DNA of 64,000 nt from Acidobacteriota bacterium (GCA_965248695.1 CBDFKD010000002.1:1088001-1152000); one strand, 5' to 3'. Positions 39,992 to 49,484 are shown, numbered from the stretch's first letter. Notes: generated by a model from the letters alone, not told the origin. A program made the numbers and translations.

Positions 39992-40978
39992 GTGTCGCTG
40001 TGGATCTTCGTCGGGGGGAGCCAGCACGTTCCGCTCGGCGGACTGGCCCTCGAGGCCGAGTGGGGCGCCCCGGGTTCGCAGCCCGGGCAGATGGACCATC
40101 CCATGGGCGTGGCGCTGGGCCCGGACGGTCGTGTCTACGTCGCCGATACCGGAAACGAGCGCATTCAGATCTTCACGTCAGACGGGCGAGTGCTGGGAAA
40201 CTGGCCGCTGGGGAGCGGAGCACGACCGGTGGCACTGGCCGTGCGCGCCGACGACGCGATTCTGGTTGCCGATTACACCGGCGACCAGGTCCTTGTCGTT
40301 GATCAGCGCGGCCAGGTGGTGCAACGCTGGGGCGGCACCGGGTCCGCGCCTGGCAGCTTTCGGGGGCCGAGCGGGCTGGCGCTGACACCTCGAGGCGCCG
40401 TGATCGTGGTCGAGTTCATGGGGCAGAGGGTGCAGGAGCTCGATGCAGAGGGCCACTTCCTGCGCTTCATCGATGGTGGTCACCCGGCGTCAGCGCACGT
40501 CGGAAAGCGGCAGGCCGCCGAGTCGAGCGATGATTCTCGAATGACCATGGGCGCGGCGCTCGGCAACCCCCATGGGCTATTCGTGTTTCCCTCCGACGTC
40601 GCGGCGGCGGCCGACGGCACGCTCTACGTCACCAACACACATGCCTACGAGGTGCTGGTGCTCGAGGCCGGCGGCGCGTTGCGCCGCTCCTGGGGGGCCA
40701 AGGGACATGGTCACGGCGACTGGGAGGTCCCGGTCGGTATCTCGGTGGACGAATCCGGCAATGTCTACGTTGCCGACAGCGCCAACTTCCGAGTCCAGGC
40801 GCTCACCCCTGACGGACGCCCGTTGCTCAGCTCGCGAGCGAGCGAGCGCTGGTATCGGACAACGCGGCGCGTCTACTCGCCGACCGACGTGGCCATCGGG
40901 CCGGATGGTCGCCTATTCGTTGCTGATTTCGCGGCCTCGAAGATTCAGGTGTTCCGCCTCGAGCTCGAGCGCCGGTGA
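39992..40978 (+). CDS. NHL-repeat beta-propeller protein; start may lie slightly upstream
   Basis: Repeats of P.GVA..PDG.VYVADTGNERIQIF and PVGISVDESGNVYVADSANFRVQ. Confidence 0.88.
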   Translation: MSLWIFVGGSQHVPLGGLALEAEWGAPGSQPGQMDHPMGVALGPDGRVYVADTGNERIQIFTSDGRVLGNWPLGSGARPVALAVRADDAILVADYTGDQVLVVDQRGQVVQRWGGTGSAPGSFRGPSGLALTPRGAVIVVEFMGQRVQELDAEGHFLRFIDGGHPASAHVGKRQAAESSDDSRMTMGAALGNPHGLFVFPSDVAAAADGTLYVTNTHAYEVLVLEAGGALRRSWGAKGHGHGDWEVPVGISVDESGNVYVADSANFRVQALTPDGRPLLSSRASERWYRTTRRVYSPTDVAIGPDGRLFVADFAASKIQVFRLELERR

Positions 40979-41168
40979 GCGGTTCGGATGCCAGCGGCAG
41001 TGCGATCAGCAACAATACAGACAACCGGCTCATATACCGTCCCTCCTGTTGTCGAACGTACATGACGATGCGGTCAGATCGCGGTATCGTGTCCAGTTGA
41101 CTCGCCGACAGGCCGCGAGTGACGATGCTTGCTTGCTCGGAACAGCATATCGAGCAACAACCCAGAGA

Positions 41169-42488
41169 ATGGCCATGCCAACGTATGCGCGCCCAGCCGG
41201 CTTCCGCCTGGGTACGGTGATCCTGGTTCTCATCGTGACGGCGGCCTGCGCCGTGTCTTCCGGTGACCCGGGCGACGCCAGCGCCTCGAGTGACGCGGTC
41301 ACGGTACTCGACGCGCCAAGATCGCTGACTCCCCCGACGGTCCTGCCGGGAAGCGGTGAAGCGAACCTTTTCGCCGTCGGCGAGCAGCTACACATGAGCT
41401 GGCTGGAGCCAGGACCCGACGACGCGTGGGCGCTGCGCTTTGCCACCTTGGGCGGCGAGACTTGGTCGGAGCCACGCACGGTGGCTAGCAGCAAGGGCTT
41501 CTTCGTCAACTGGGCCGACTTTCCCTCGATGATCGCTACGACGGATGGGACGCTGGTGGCCCACTGGCTCGAGCGCAGCGGACCGGGTACCTACGCCTAC
41601 GACGTCCGCCTGAGCCGTTCGATCGATGCGGGGGCGACCTGGTCGGATTCGTTCCTGCCGCATGAAGACGGCACCCAGACCGAGCACGGCTTCGTGTCCC
41701 TGGTACCGGAGCCTGACGGTGGTTTCAGCGCCGTCTGGCTCGACGGACGCAACTTCGCCTCGTCGGGCGGCGGGCACGGAGCTCCGGGGCCCGGCGCCGA
41801 AATGACGTTGCGATCGCGCCGCTACAGCGACAAGGGAGAGCCGCACCCGGAGCAACTGCTCGATTCCCGCATCTGCGACTGCTGTCAGACGTCGGCAGCC
41901 TATGTCGGGGACACGCTCATGGTTGCCTATCGCGACCGATCCTCCGACGAGGTGCGTGACATATCGGTGGTCGGCCGCGGTGCGAACGGCTGGAGCGATC
42001 CGGTCGCCGTTGGCGACGACCAATGGATGATTCCTGGCTGTCCCGTCAACGGGCCGGTGGTGGCAGCGAGCGGCGATCTGGCCGCGGTCGCCTGGTTCGG
42101 CCTGGTGGACGGCACGCCGGAAGTGAAGGTCACGTTCACGAGTGACCGCGGGACGAGCTTCGATACGCCGGTGTTGATCGAACGCGGCACGACGGAAGCC
42201 GCCACGCTCGGCCGCGTCGATCTGGAGTGGATCGACGCCGGCACCGTCCTGGTCTCGTGGCTCACCAGCGTCGGCCCGGAGGGAGAGATCCGCTATCGAA
42301 CGGTCGACGTCGGCGGAGCCGCAGGGCCCGTGAGCGTCCTCGCGAATACCAGCCCGAGCCGATCCAGCGGTTTCCCACGCATGGCGCGCGTCGGTGACCG
42401 CGTGGTTTTCGTATGGAGGCTGCCGGACGAGCCGGCGACGCTTGAGATGGCAGCGATTCCGCTGCGCGCGCCCAACACCGGCGACTGA
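41169..42488 (+). CDS. BNR/sialidase-like beta-propeller lipoprotein with CDCC and CP motifs
   Basis: Lipobox TAA-C; FFVNWADFPS; SIDAGATWS; TEHGFVS; ICDCCQT; GCPVNGP; SSGFPRM. Confidence 0.82.
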   Translation: MAMPTYARPAGFRLGTVILVLIVTAACAVSSGDPGDASASSDAVTVLDAPRSLTPPTVLPGSGEANLFAVGEQLHMSWLEPGPDDAWALRFATLGGETWSEPRTVASSKGFFVNWADFPSMIATTDGTLVAHWLERSGPGTYAYDVRLSRSIDAGATWSDSFLPHEDGTQTEHGFVSLVPEPDGGFSAVWLDGRNFASSGGGHGAPGPGAEMTLRSRRYSDKGEPHPEQLLDSRICDCCQTSAAYVGDTLMVAYRDRSSDEVRDISVVGRGANGWSDPVAVGDDQWMIPGCPVNGPVVAASGDLAAVAWFGLVDGTPEVKVTFTSDRGTSFDTPVLIERGTTEAATLGRVDLEWIDAGTVLVSWLTSVGPEGEIRYRTVDVGGAAGPVSVLANTSPSRSSGFPRMARVGDRVVFVWRLPDEPATLEMAAIPLRAPNTGD

Positions 42489-42506
42489 CCCAGAGCGGCG
42501 GAAGAT

Positions 42507-42887
42507 ATGTTCCGACTGTTGATTGTGGGCGCCATCGTGCTGGCACCGCTCGCTAGCGCGGCGACGCCGTGCACCATGGGTGCGCCCGACGACCCCGACC
42601 GTCCGATGCAGGCGCATCCGGGCCTGCACCTGATGCCTGGCATGAGCCACGTCAGTACCGACCCCGTCCCCGGCGCCTCGTTGGACAGTGCCGACCCGGC
42701 AACGACGGACGATGACAGGGGGCACGCAGTGTCCGGGGCCTGCGCAGACGAGTGCGCCACCCACTTCCAGGTTCCATCGGTGGGCGTGGCCCGGCCTGTG
42801 TCTGTGAGCACCGCTAGGGCTTCGCTGGCATCGGCGGCGGCGCCGAGTGCGCCGGCCGCCGCAATCGAGCACGTGCCGCTCGGTTAG
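42507..42887 (+). CDS. Small exported Met/His/Cys-containing protein upstream of the copper oxidase
   Basis: Signal peptide; PCTM...MQAHPGLHLMPGMSH; CADEC; Pro/Ala-rich C-terminus ending IEHVPLG. Confidence 0.6.
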   Translation: MFRLLIVGAIVLAPLASAATPCTMGAPDDPDRPMQAHPGLHLMPGMSHVSTDPVPGASLDSADPATTDDDRGHAVSGACADECATHFQVPSVGVARPVSVSTARASLASAAAPSAPAAAIEHVPLG

Positions 42888-43065
42888 ACCCTGGCTTCCC
42901 ACAGCCCGCTGCGAATGGCCCACAGGCGCCGCCTGAGTCGGTGCCATCCCGCGGCCACCTGACCTGTTCCGTGCCGATACCAAGCGGCGCCCGTGTCTGC
43001 GCCCGCCGGCGGATCCGTTTCCACGCCGCCGATTCCATCGCCATCGGCGCGGAACGAAGACGAGT

Positions 43066-44523
43066 ATGGAAATGAACGAACACAACCGTCGATTGTTCAT
43101 CAAGGGCGGGGCGCTCTCCGCTGCTGGAGTGCTCTCCGCCCACCAAGCGCTCGGGAAACCCGAGAACCCCGCAGCGCTGAGCGCGAGCGAACGGGCGGAC
43201 TCTCTCGGCCCAGCGCACGCCTATGACCGCGAGCTTTCCGGGACGGTGCAGACCCCCGACGTGGCCAAGCTGCCGTTCACGCGCGACGGCGACGTCAAGG
43301 TGTTCCACCTCGTCGCCGAAGTGTGTCAGCGATCGTTCCTTCCGGGCTGGCGTTTCGATACCTGGGGCTACAACGGCTCGACCCCGGGACCGACGATCGA
43401 GGTCGAAGAGGGCGATCGGGTGCGCTTCGTGGTCGAGAATCGGCTGCCCGAGATCACCTCGATGCACTGGCACGGTCTCGAGGTGCCGATCGACATGGAC
43501 GGCGTGCCGGGCGTCACCCAAGACCCGATCGCTCCCGGCGAGACCTTCGTCTACGAGTTCCAGCTGCACCAGCACGGCACGTTCTTCTATCACTCGCACA
43601 TGGCGATGCAGGAGATGATGGGGATGGTCGGGTTGTTCATCGTCCATCCACGCGAGCCCTACACGCCTGCGGTCGACCGGGACTTCGGTTTTGTGCTGCA
43701 GGAGTGGTCCGTCCTGCCCGACAACACCGTGCCGAACTCGCTGGCCATGGAGTTCAACTGGCTGACGCTCAATGGTCGATCCGGCCCTCACACCACACCG
43801 CTGATCGTGCGGCGCGGCGACCGGGTGCGGCTGCGGTTCGTGAACCTGGGGATGGATCACCACCCGATGCACCTGCACGGCCACACGTGGGTGACGACCG
43901 GGACCGAGGGCGGGCGCGTTCCGGAGGCCGCGTGGACGCCTGGAAACACCGAGCTGGTCGGGGTGGCGCAGGCACGCGACGTGGAGTTCGTCGCTAACAA
44001 TCCGGGCGACTGGATGCTCCACTGCCACCTACCGCACCACATGATGAACCACATGGCGTCGATGGTCGGTCCGATGTCGCCGATGGAGGGCATGGGCGCC
44101 GGCGGTGAGATGGACGCCGGGTCAGGGGTCGCCAGCGGAGCCGCACTCTCGGACGACAACGGCCCGTCGATGGGCCGTGCAATCGGCCTTGCCGCCATGC
44201 GGAAGCGAGCAGTTACCAACCTGCCGATGGCCAGCCGCTCGCCGCAGGATCAGACCGCCGGGCAGCCTGCCGCCGCCGTGCAGCATCACGCTGCCGCCGA
44301 CGCGCGCACGGTCCCCGGTTTTCCGCAGGACCATTTCATGGCGATGGACGCGGGCGTTGCCAAGCCGGAGACTCACGGCATGCGGCCGACGTGGTCCGGC
44401 GGGGTCATGGGCATGATGACCATCCTCCGCGTGCTCGACGGGGAGCTGTACGACGAGGTACAGGAGCTGCGAGCGACCGCCGATCACGCCGCCGAAACGG
44501 CGCCGGGTGGAGGGGCACGATGA
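43066..44523 (+). CDS. Tat-exported two-domain multicopper oxidase with Met-rich tail
   Basis: NRRLFIK Tat motif; HWHG, YHSH, HPMHLHG, WMLHCHLPHHM. Confidence 0.93.
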   Translation: MEMNEHNRRLFIKGGALSAAGVLSAHQALGKPENPAALSASERADSLGPAHAYDRELSGTVQTPDVAKLPFTRDGDVKVFHLVAEVCQRSFLPGWRFDTWGYNGSTPGPTIEVEEGDRVRFVVENRLPEITSMHWHGLEVPIDMDGVPGVTQDPIAPGETFVYEFQLHQHGTFFYHSHMAMQEMMGMVGLFIVHPREPYTPAVDRDFGFVLQEWSVLPDNTVPNSLAMEFNWLTLNGRSGPHTTPLIVRRGDRVRLRFVNLGMDHHPMHLHGHTWVTTGTEGGRVPEAAWTPGNTELVGVAQARDVEFVANNPGDWMLHCHLPHHMMNHMASMVGPMSPMEGMGAGGEMDAGSGVASGAALSDDNGPSMGRAIGLAAMRKRAVTNLPMASRSPQDQTAGQPAAAVQHHAAADARTVPGFPQDHFMAMDAGVAKPETHGMRPTWSGGVMGMMTILRVLDGELYDEVQELRATADHAAETAPGGGAR

Positions 44524-45926
44524 GCCGCTCGAAGCCAGGCATCGGTACGTCGGTCGCGTTCGCACTCATCGTTCTGGGCTCGACGGTGAGCTCGGTAGCT
44601 GCCCAGGGGAGTGCTCGAACCGATCCGGGGTCGCTCCGTCCGCTGACCCGCGAAGCCAGCACGCTTGAACAGGTCGAGGACAGCGCTCTCGACCTGGGGC
44701 GGCTCGAGGCTCTGGCGCTCGCCAACAACCCCACCCTGATTCAAGCTGCGTCCGGTGTCGACGCTGCTACCGGGCATCGCGATCAGGCAGGTCGCCATCC
44801 CAACCCTCACCTGGTGGTAGCTGGTGAAGAGCTGTCGTTCGGTCGATTCGGCGATGGGAGTCAATACGCACTGGTGATCGAGCAACCGCTGCTGATCGGC
44901 GGCAAGCGTCGCTCCCGCACGGCGCTCGCGGCACGTGCTGAAGACCAAGCGCGCATCGAGGCTGGCGCTCAGCGCCAAAGGGTGCTCACGCACGTACGGC
45001 AGCTCTTTTATCGTGTATTGGCGGCCGTCGAGCTGGTCGGGCTCCGCACGCAACTGGTTGAGGTCGCGGATGAAGCGGTGGAGATCACGAACCAACTGGT
45101 CAACGTGGGCGCGGCGGCATTGCCGGACTCCCTGGAGGCCCGGATCGTGGCTCGGCGCGCCGGGTTGGATCTGTCCAGGGCGCGGATCGACCTGGTTGCT
45201 GCGCGGCGGCAGCTCGCGGCGGTCGTGAGTGTACCTTCCGTAGTGGCGGTGCGGCTCGTGGGTTCGCTTTCCGAGGTCCCCGACCTGAACCACGATGCGG
45301 TCCTGGCAGATCTCTATGATCGCAGTCCCGAGCTCGATTTCTCGCGTGCCGAGCTGTCACGTGCAGAGGCCCTGATCCTCAACGCCCGGGCCGAGGGCAA
45401 GTCCGACCTGTCGCTGATGGCGGGTGTCGGCTGGAACGCCGATCGGTTCGAGGTGGATCTCGCGCGGCGCGGCTGGCAGGGCACGCTTGGCGTGAAGCTC
45501 GAGCTGCCGGTATTTGACCGCAATCAGGGCGAGATCGTTGCGGCGCTGGCCTTCAAGGAGGTCGCTATCGCCGCCCTGCGGCGCATCGAGCTGTCGATCG
45601 GTTCACGCCTGGCGAGGGTGTACGCCGAGTATGCCGGCGCCCGCGACGTGGTCCAGATCTACGAGGACGAGATTGTCCCGGCGGCCGAGGAAGCTCATGC
45701 GCTGTATCGAGCAAGCTATGAACGGATGGCGGCTTCGTATCCGCAGGTGTTGCTCGCCGAACGCAGCGTGCTCGAAGCCCGGGCCGCGCGTATCCAGGGG
45801 CTGGATGAGATGTGGCGCGCGGCGGTGACGATGCAGGGACTGCTGCTGACCGACGGGCTCTCCCAGCCCGGAACGATCGTCGAGCCGTCGATGTCGACGC
45901 CCGCGGGCGTCGGTCACGAGCAGTGA
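44520..45926 (+). CDS. TolC/CzcC-family outer membrane efflux protein
   Basis: ALANNPTL, PNP, EQPLLIGGKR, LPVFDRNQGEI; ATGA overlap. Confidence 0.9.
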   Translation: MSRSKPGIGTSVAFALIVLGSTVSSVAAQGSARTDPGSLRPLTREASTLEQVEDSALDLGRLEALALANNPTLIQAASGVDAATGHRDQAGRHPNPHLVVAGEELSFGRFGDGSQYALVIEQPLLIGGKRRSRTALAARAEDQARIEAGAQRQRVLTHVRQLFYRVLAAVELVGLRTQLVEVADEAVEITNQLVNVGAAALPDSLEARIVARRAGLDLSRARIDLVAARRQLAAVVSVPSVVAVRLVGSLSEVPDLNHDAVLADLYDRSPELDFSRAELSRAEALILNARAEGKSDLSLMAGVGWNADRFEVDLARRGWQGTLGVKLELPVFDRNQGEIVAALAFKEVAIAALRRIELSIGSRLARVYAEYAGARDVVQIYEDEIVPAAEEAHALYRASYERMAASYPQVLLAERSVLEARAARIQGLDEMWRAAVTMQGLLLTDGLSQPGTIVEPSMSTPAGVGHEQ

Positions 45927-46651
45927 GCGTCGGCGCAGCGATCGGCGCGATTGCCCGGTCGGTCGTGTCGAAGGGTCTCCTGGCCACGTTCCGCCTTTGC
46001 GTCGGTAGCCTGCTGTACCGCGTGTCTCCGCCCCTGTTCCTGCGCTATCGCGACACGCTCATGGATCGGGAGGATCGGAGGTTCGATCGAAAGCACGGGA
46101 CGATGACCTCACGCGCCTCGGTACTGACCGCCGGTGGGGAGCCCGTTCGCCGCGGCACTGGGTACCACCCGGCAGCGGAAGCGGAGTTCCGCGAGATGCT
46201 GACGCGGTTGCCGATCCGATACGAGGAGCACACGTTCGTCGATATCGGTGCGGGCGTTGGCAAGACCCTTCTCATGGCATCGGAGTGGCCTTTCCACCGC
46301 ATCGTCGGTGTCGAGCTCGGAGACCGACTGGTTTCGGTGGCGCGCGACAACATTGCCGCGTACCGGAGCTCGCGGCAGAAGTGTCACGACATCAGCGTTA
46401 TGCACGCTGACGCGCTCGAGTACGAGCTGCCGACGGACCCGACGGTCCTTTTTCTGTTCAACCCTTTCGGAGGATTGACGATGGGCCGGTTCGTGGATCG
46501 CGTCCGATTACAGCGGTCCGCGGCCGGCCAGCTCCACGTGATCTACTACAATCCGCAGCATCCGGAACACTTCGCTGCCGACGCTTTCGCCCCGGTGGCG
46601 TGCGGACTCGGGCTGCAGGGACGGTACCGGATCTACCGCTGGGTAGGCTGA
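45923..46651 (+). CDS. Class I SAM-dependent methyltransferase
   Basis: FVDIGAGVGK, IVGVE, DAL, FLFNPF; GTGA overlap with tolC. Confidence 0.85.
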   Translation: MSVGAAIGAIARSVVSKGLLATFRLCVGSLLYRVSPPLFLRYRDTLMDREDRRFDRKHGTMTSRASVLTAGGEPVRRGTGYHPAAEAEFREMLTRLPIRYEEHTFVDIGAGVGKTLLMASEWPFHRIVGVELGDRLVSVARDNIAAYRSSRQKCHDISVMHADALEYELPTDPTVLFLFNPFGGLTMGRFVDRVRLQRSAAGQLHVIYYNPQHPEHFAADAFAPVACGLGLQGRYRIYRWVG

Positions 46652-46654
46652 TGC

Positions 46655-47944
46655 TCAGGCGACGGCGCCGCGATCCTGCGGCTTGTATCCGGCTTCCGGG
46701 AAGATCGACTTCGCGTCGGGGCTCCCGGCGCGCTTCGTCAGCACCTCGGTGACGATGTCGCGGTAGTCGATGGTGATCTTCAGGTCCTGGCGGTCGTACA
46801 GCTGCGGTCGGTTCAGCCCCGGCCACTCGGTCAGCACCCGGCCGCCGGCGATGCTACCGCCGAGAGCGAGCATCAGGCTGCCGTGGCCGTGGTCTGTGCC
46901 GCGGCTGCCGTTCTCGAACGCGTTGCGTCCGAACTCCGTCATGCACAGCACCGCGACGTCGGGGCGCTTGCTAGCCCAGAGATCCTTGTGGAAGGCGGCC
47001 ACGGTGCGGGACAGGTCGCGCATGAGGCGCTCCATCCACCCGCCGACATTGCCCTGTTCCTCGTGCGTGTCCCAGCCGTCGAGATCGATGGCAATGGCCT
47101 CGACGCCGATGTCTGCCTTGATCAGCGCGGCGGTCGATTTCATCGCGTAGCCGAAGTCGGAATCCGGGTACCGTGCTCTGCCCTTCGGTTTGTAGCCGTC
47201 GAAGTCGATCGTCTTGAGCAGGTCGATTGTCCTGGAGGTGTTCTGGGTAGCGGTCTTGAGCGGATCGGTGAAGGGCTCGTACATCGCCTCGATTGCCTTC
47301 TTGCGCTCACGCGCGGAGCGTCCTTCGAGCCCGTAGTCCGCCAGATCGCCGATCGGCAATGCCTTGTCGCCCCCGACCAGAGTGCGTTGCAAGCCGTAGC
47401 CGATTCCAACGCCGCGCAGCACGCCGCTCGCCAGCGTCGGTGCCGTCGCCTGCAGGTGGCGGCCGAGCCACCCGGTGAACGTGGTCGCCGGCGGATTGCC
47501 CTGGCCGACCTCCATGAAGTGCATCGCTTCGAAGTGGGAGCGCGTGGGGTTCTCCAGACCGCAGGCATGAACAACCAGCAGGTCGCCGTTGTCGTAGGCG
47601 TCCATCAATGGGGTCATCGGCTGCGAGAAGCCGAAGTTATCGTCGAGCGCAACAGCGCGCTCAGCGTCGCCGCTGTCGGGAGGCGCGACGGCCAGGGTCG
47701 GGCGCTTGTCGTAGTAGTAGCTCTCGTTGAACGGCACGCACATGCTGAGCGAGTCGACGCCGCCGCGCAGGAAGAGAGACACGACTACGTCACGGTCACC
47801 GACGTGTGAATCGGCGAACGCCACCCGCGGGACCCACGCTGGCATGGCCGCTGCGATGGCCAGGCTTCCTGACACGCGCATGAAATCGCGACGCGAAGCC
47901 TGCCGGTACTCGGCACAGCCGCATTCACTCGGACGTCGGCTCAT
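46655..47944 (-). CDS. DUF1501 family protein (copy A), Tat signal
   Basis: SRRDFM; LFLRGGVDSL; TRSHFEA; GWDTH; TEFGR..ENGSRGTDHG; DYRD. Confidence 0.9.
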   Translation of the reverse strand: MSRRPSECGCAEYRQASRRDFMRVSGSLAIAAAMPAWVPRVAFADSHVGDRDVVVSLFLRGGVDSLSMCVPFNESYYYDKRPTLAVAPPDSGDAERAVALDDNFGFSQPMTPLMDAYDNGDLLVVHACGLENPTRSHFEAMHFMEVGQGNPPATTFTGWLGRHLQATAPTLASGVLRGVGIGYGLQRTLVGGDKALPIGDLADYGLEGRSARERKKAIEAMYEPFTDPLKTATQNTSRTIDLLKTIDFDGYKPKGRARYPDSDFGYAMKSTAALIKADIGVEAIAIDLDGWDTHEEQGNVGGWMERLMRDLSRTVAAFHKDLWASKRPDVAVLCMTEFGRNAFENGSRGTDHGHGSLMLALGGSIAGGRVLTEWPGLNRPQLYDRQDLKITIDYRDIVTEVLTKRAGSPDAKSIFPEAGYKPQDRGAVA

Positions 47945-47945
47945 C

Positions 47946-49484
47946 TCAGTACTCCTGGAATTCCGGCGAGGTGAGCACCAGACCGATCACTTCGCGCACG
48001 CGCCTGCGGGTCAGGCGGCCCTTGCCCAGATAGCCCTCGATGACGTCGCGCGTCGTATCCGTCATCGTCCCGGTGAGGAGCACGACGTTGAGCCGCTCCA
48101 CGATCTTCGACACCGGCCCGGCAGGGTCGTCGACGGCCGCGTCGACGGTCGTCTCGAAATCCTCGTCGAACAGGTTGGCAGCGAAATTCCAGCGCGGCAA
48201 TACGAACCCCGACCAGTACTCGGCGCTGTCGGGGTAGCCGTTGGGCGGCGTCCACGCGAAGAGCTCGTGACCCGCATCCGCCAGGTGGTCGAGCACTCCG
48301 AACGGGTTGCCGACGTCGGCTCCCAGCGCTCGCAGCGACGAAACCGCCAGATGGAATGGACGCTTCAGCTTCGGGGACGCGGTCTGCATACGCGTCTCCG
48401 ATAGCGCCGCGCGCACCATCGATCGGATGTTGCCGCCGGTCTGCTGGAACACCCGCTTGACCTTTCGGACCGCGGGCGCCGTGGGCTCGTAGCCCCATAG
48501 GTAGCGCAGCAGCTTGGTGGCGATGAACTCGGCCGTCTCCTTGCGCTTCACGAGGATCTCGAGCACGCGCTCGCCGTCCTCGATCCCTCCTCCTGCCGGG
48601 ATCGTGCGGCCCAGCACCTTCTTGGTGCCGGTATCGTGGGTGAACCTCGAGAATCGAAAGTCGCCGATCTTCCCCAGACCGCGGTACGGATCGTTCCAGG
48701 TCCAACCGGTGACGCAACGCGCCACTTCCTTGACGTCCGTCTCGGTATAGCCGTTGTCGGCGCCCATAGTGTGAAGCTCCATGAGCTCACGGGCGTAGTT
48801 CTCATTCGGGAACGCCTTGTCGTTGCTGTCGTTGGTCAGGTAGATCAGCATCGACGCGCTGTGGGCGCTCGCCGAGAGCAGCTCGGGGAACGTCCCGAGC
48901 GCGTGCGCGCGAACCACATCTCGATTGTCGACCGGCTTCAGCATGTACTGGTAGTCGCCAAAAACGTCGATGCTGAAGTGGTCCGACCAGAAGATCGTCA
49001 ACCGCTCGAACAGCTGTCGCGGGCTATAGAGAGCGCGGTAGACGGTCGCTACCCAGAGCTCGAGGATCGGGATGAACGGGTTGTCGTCGTAGTTGGAGTA
49101 AAGCAGCTGCGGCGACATGGAGAGGGTCGGCAGCGCCTCGTTGAGCGCATCCTCGAGCTCGGTATCGTCGAGCGACTCGAAGTTCAGCTGCTCGTTGAGC
49201 CAGGCGCTGTAGCCTATCGACTCGATCCGGGCGTAGTCTGCCGCGTTCGGGCCCATCGTGGCTCGCCGCAGCAGCGTACGCTCGACTTCTCGAACCGATT
49301 TCGGATCGCGGTCGGCGGCGCGTCTCGCTGCCGTGGCAACGTGCCCGATCTCGGCGTGCACCGATCTCGGGACACGGATCGGGTAGCTGCGTGATCGTGC
49401 GAGGTGCGAAAAACGCGGTCGCTCCAGGCCTTCTTGAGCCGCGCCGAAGAACCTCCCGGACACGAGCCGTTGCGAAACGGACAT
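47946..49484 (-). CDS. DUF1800 family protein (copy A)
   Basis: RQLFERLTIFWSDHF; MLIYL.N; NENYARELMELHTMG; YTETDVKEVAR..TGW; PPNGYP; SPEFQ. Confidence 0.9.
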   Translation of the reverse strand: MSVSQRLVSGRFFGAAQEGLERPRFSHLARSRSYPIRVPRSVHAEIGHVATAARRAADRDPKSVREVERTLLRRATMGPNAADYARIESIGYSAWLNEQLNFESLDDTELEDALNEALPTLSMSPQLLYSNYDDNPFIPILELWVATVYRALYSPRQLFERLTIFWSDHFSIDVFGDYQYMLKPVDNRDVVRAHALGTFPELLSASAHSASMLIYLTNDSNDKAFPNENYARELMELHTMGADNGYTETDVKEVARCVTGWTWNDPYRGLGKIGDFRFSRFTHDTGTKKVLGRTIPAGGGIEDGERVLEILVKRKETAEFIATKLLRYLWGYEPTAPAVRKVKRVFQQTGGNIRSMVRAALSETRMQTASPKLKRPFHLAVSSLRALGADVGNPFGVLDHLADAGHELFAWTPPNGYPDSAEYWSGFVLPRWNFAANLFDEDFETTVDAAVDDPAGPVSKIVERLNVVLLTGTMTDTTRDVIEGYLGKGRLTRRRVREVIGLVLTSPEFQEY

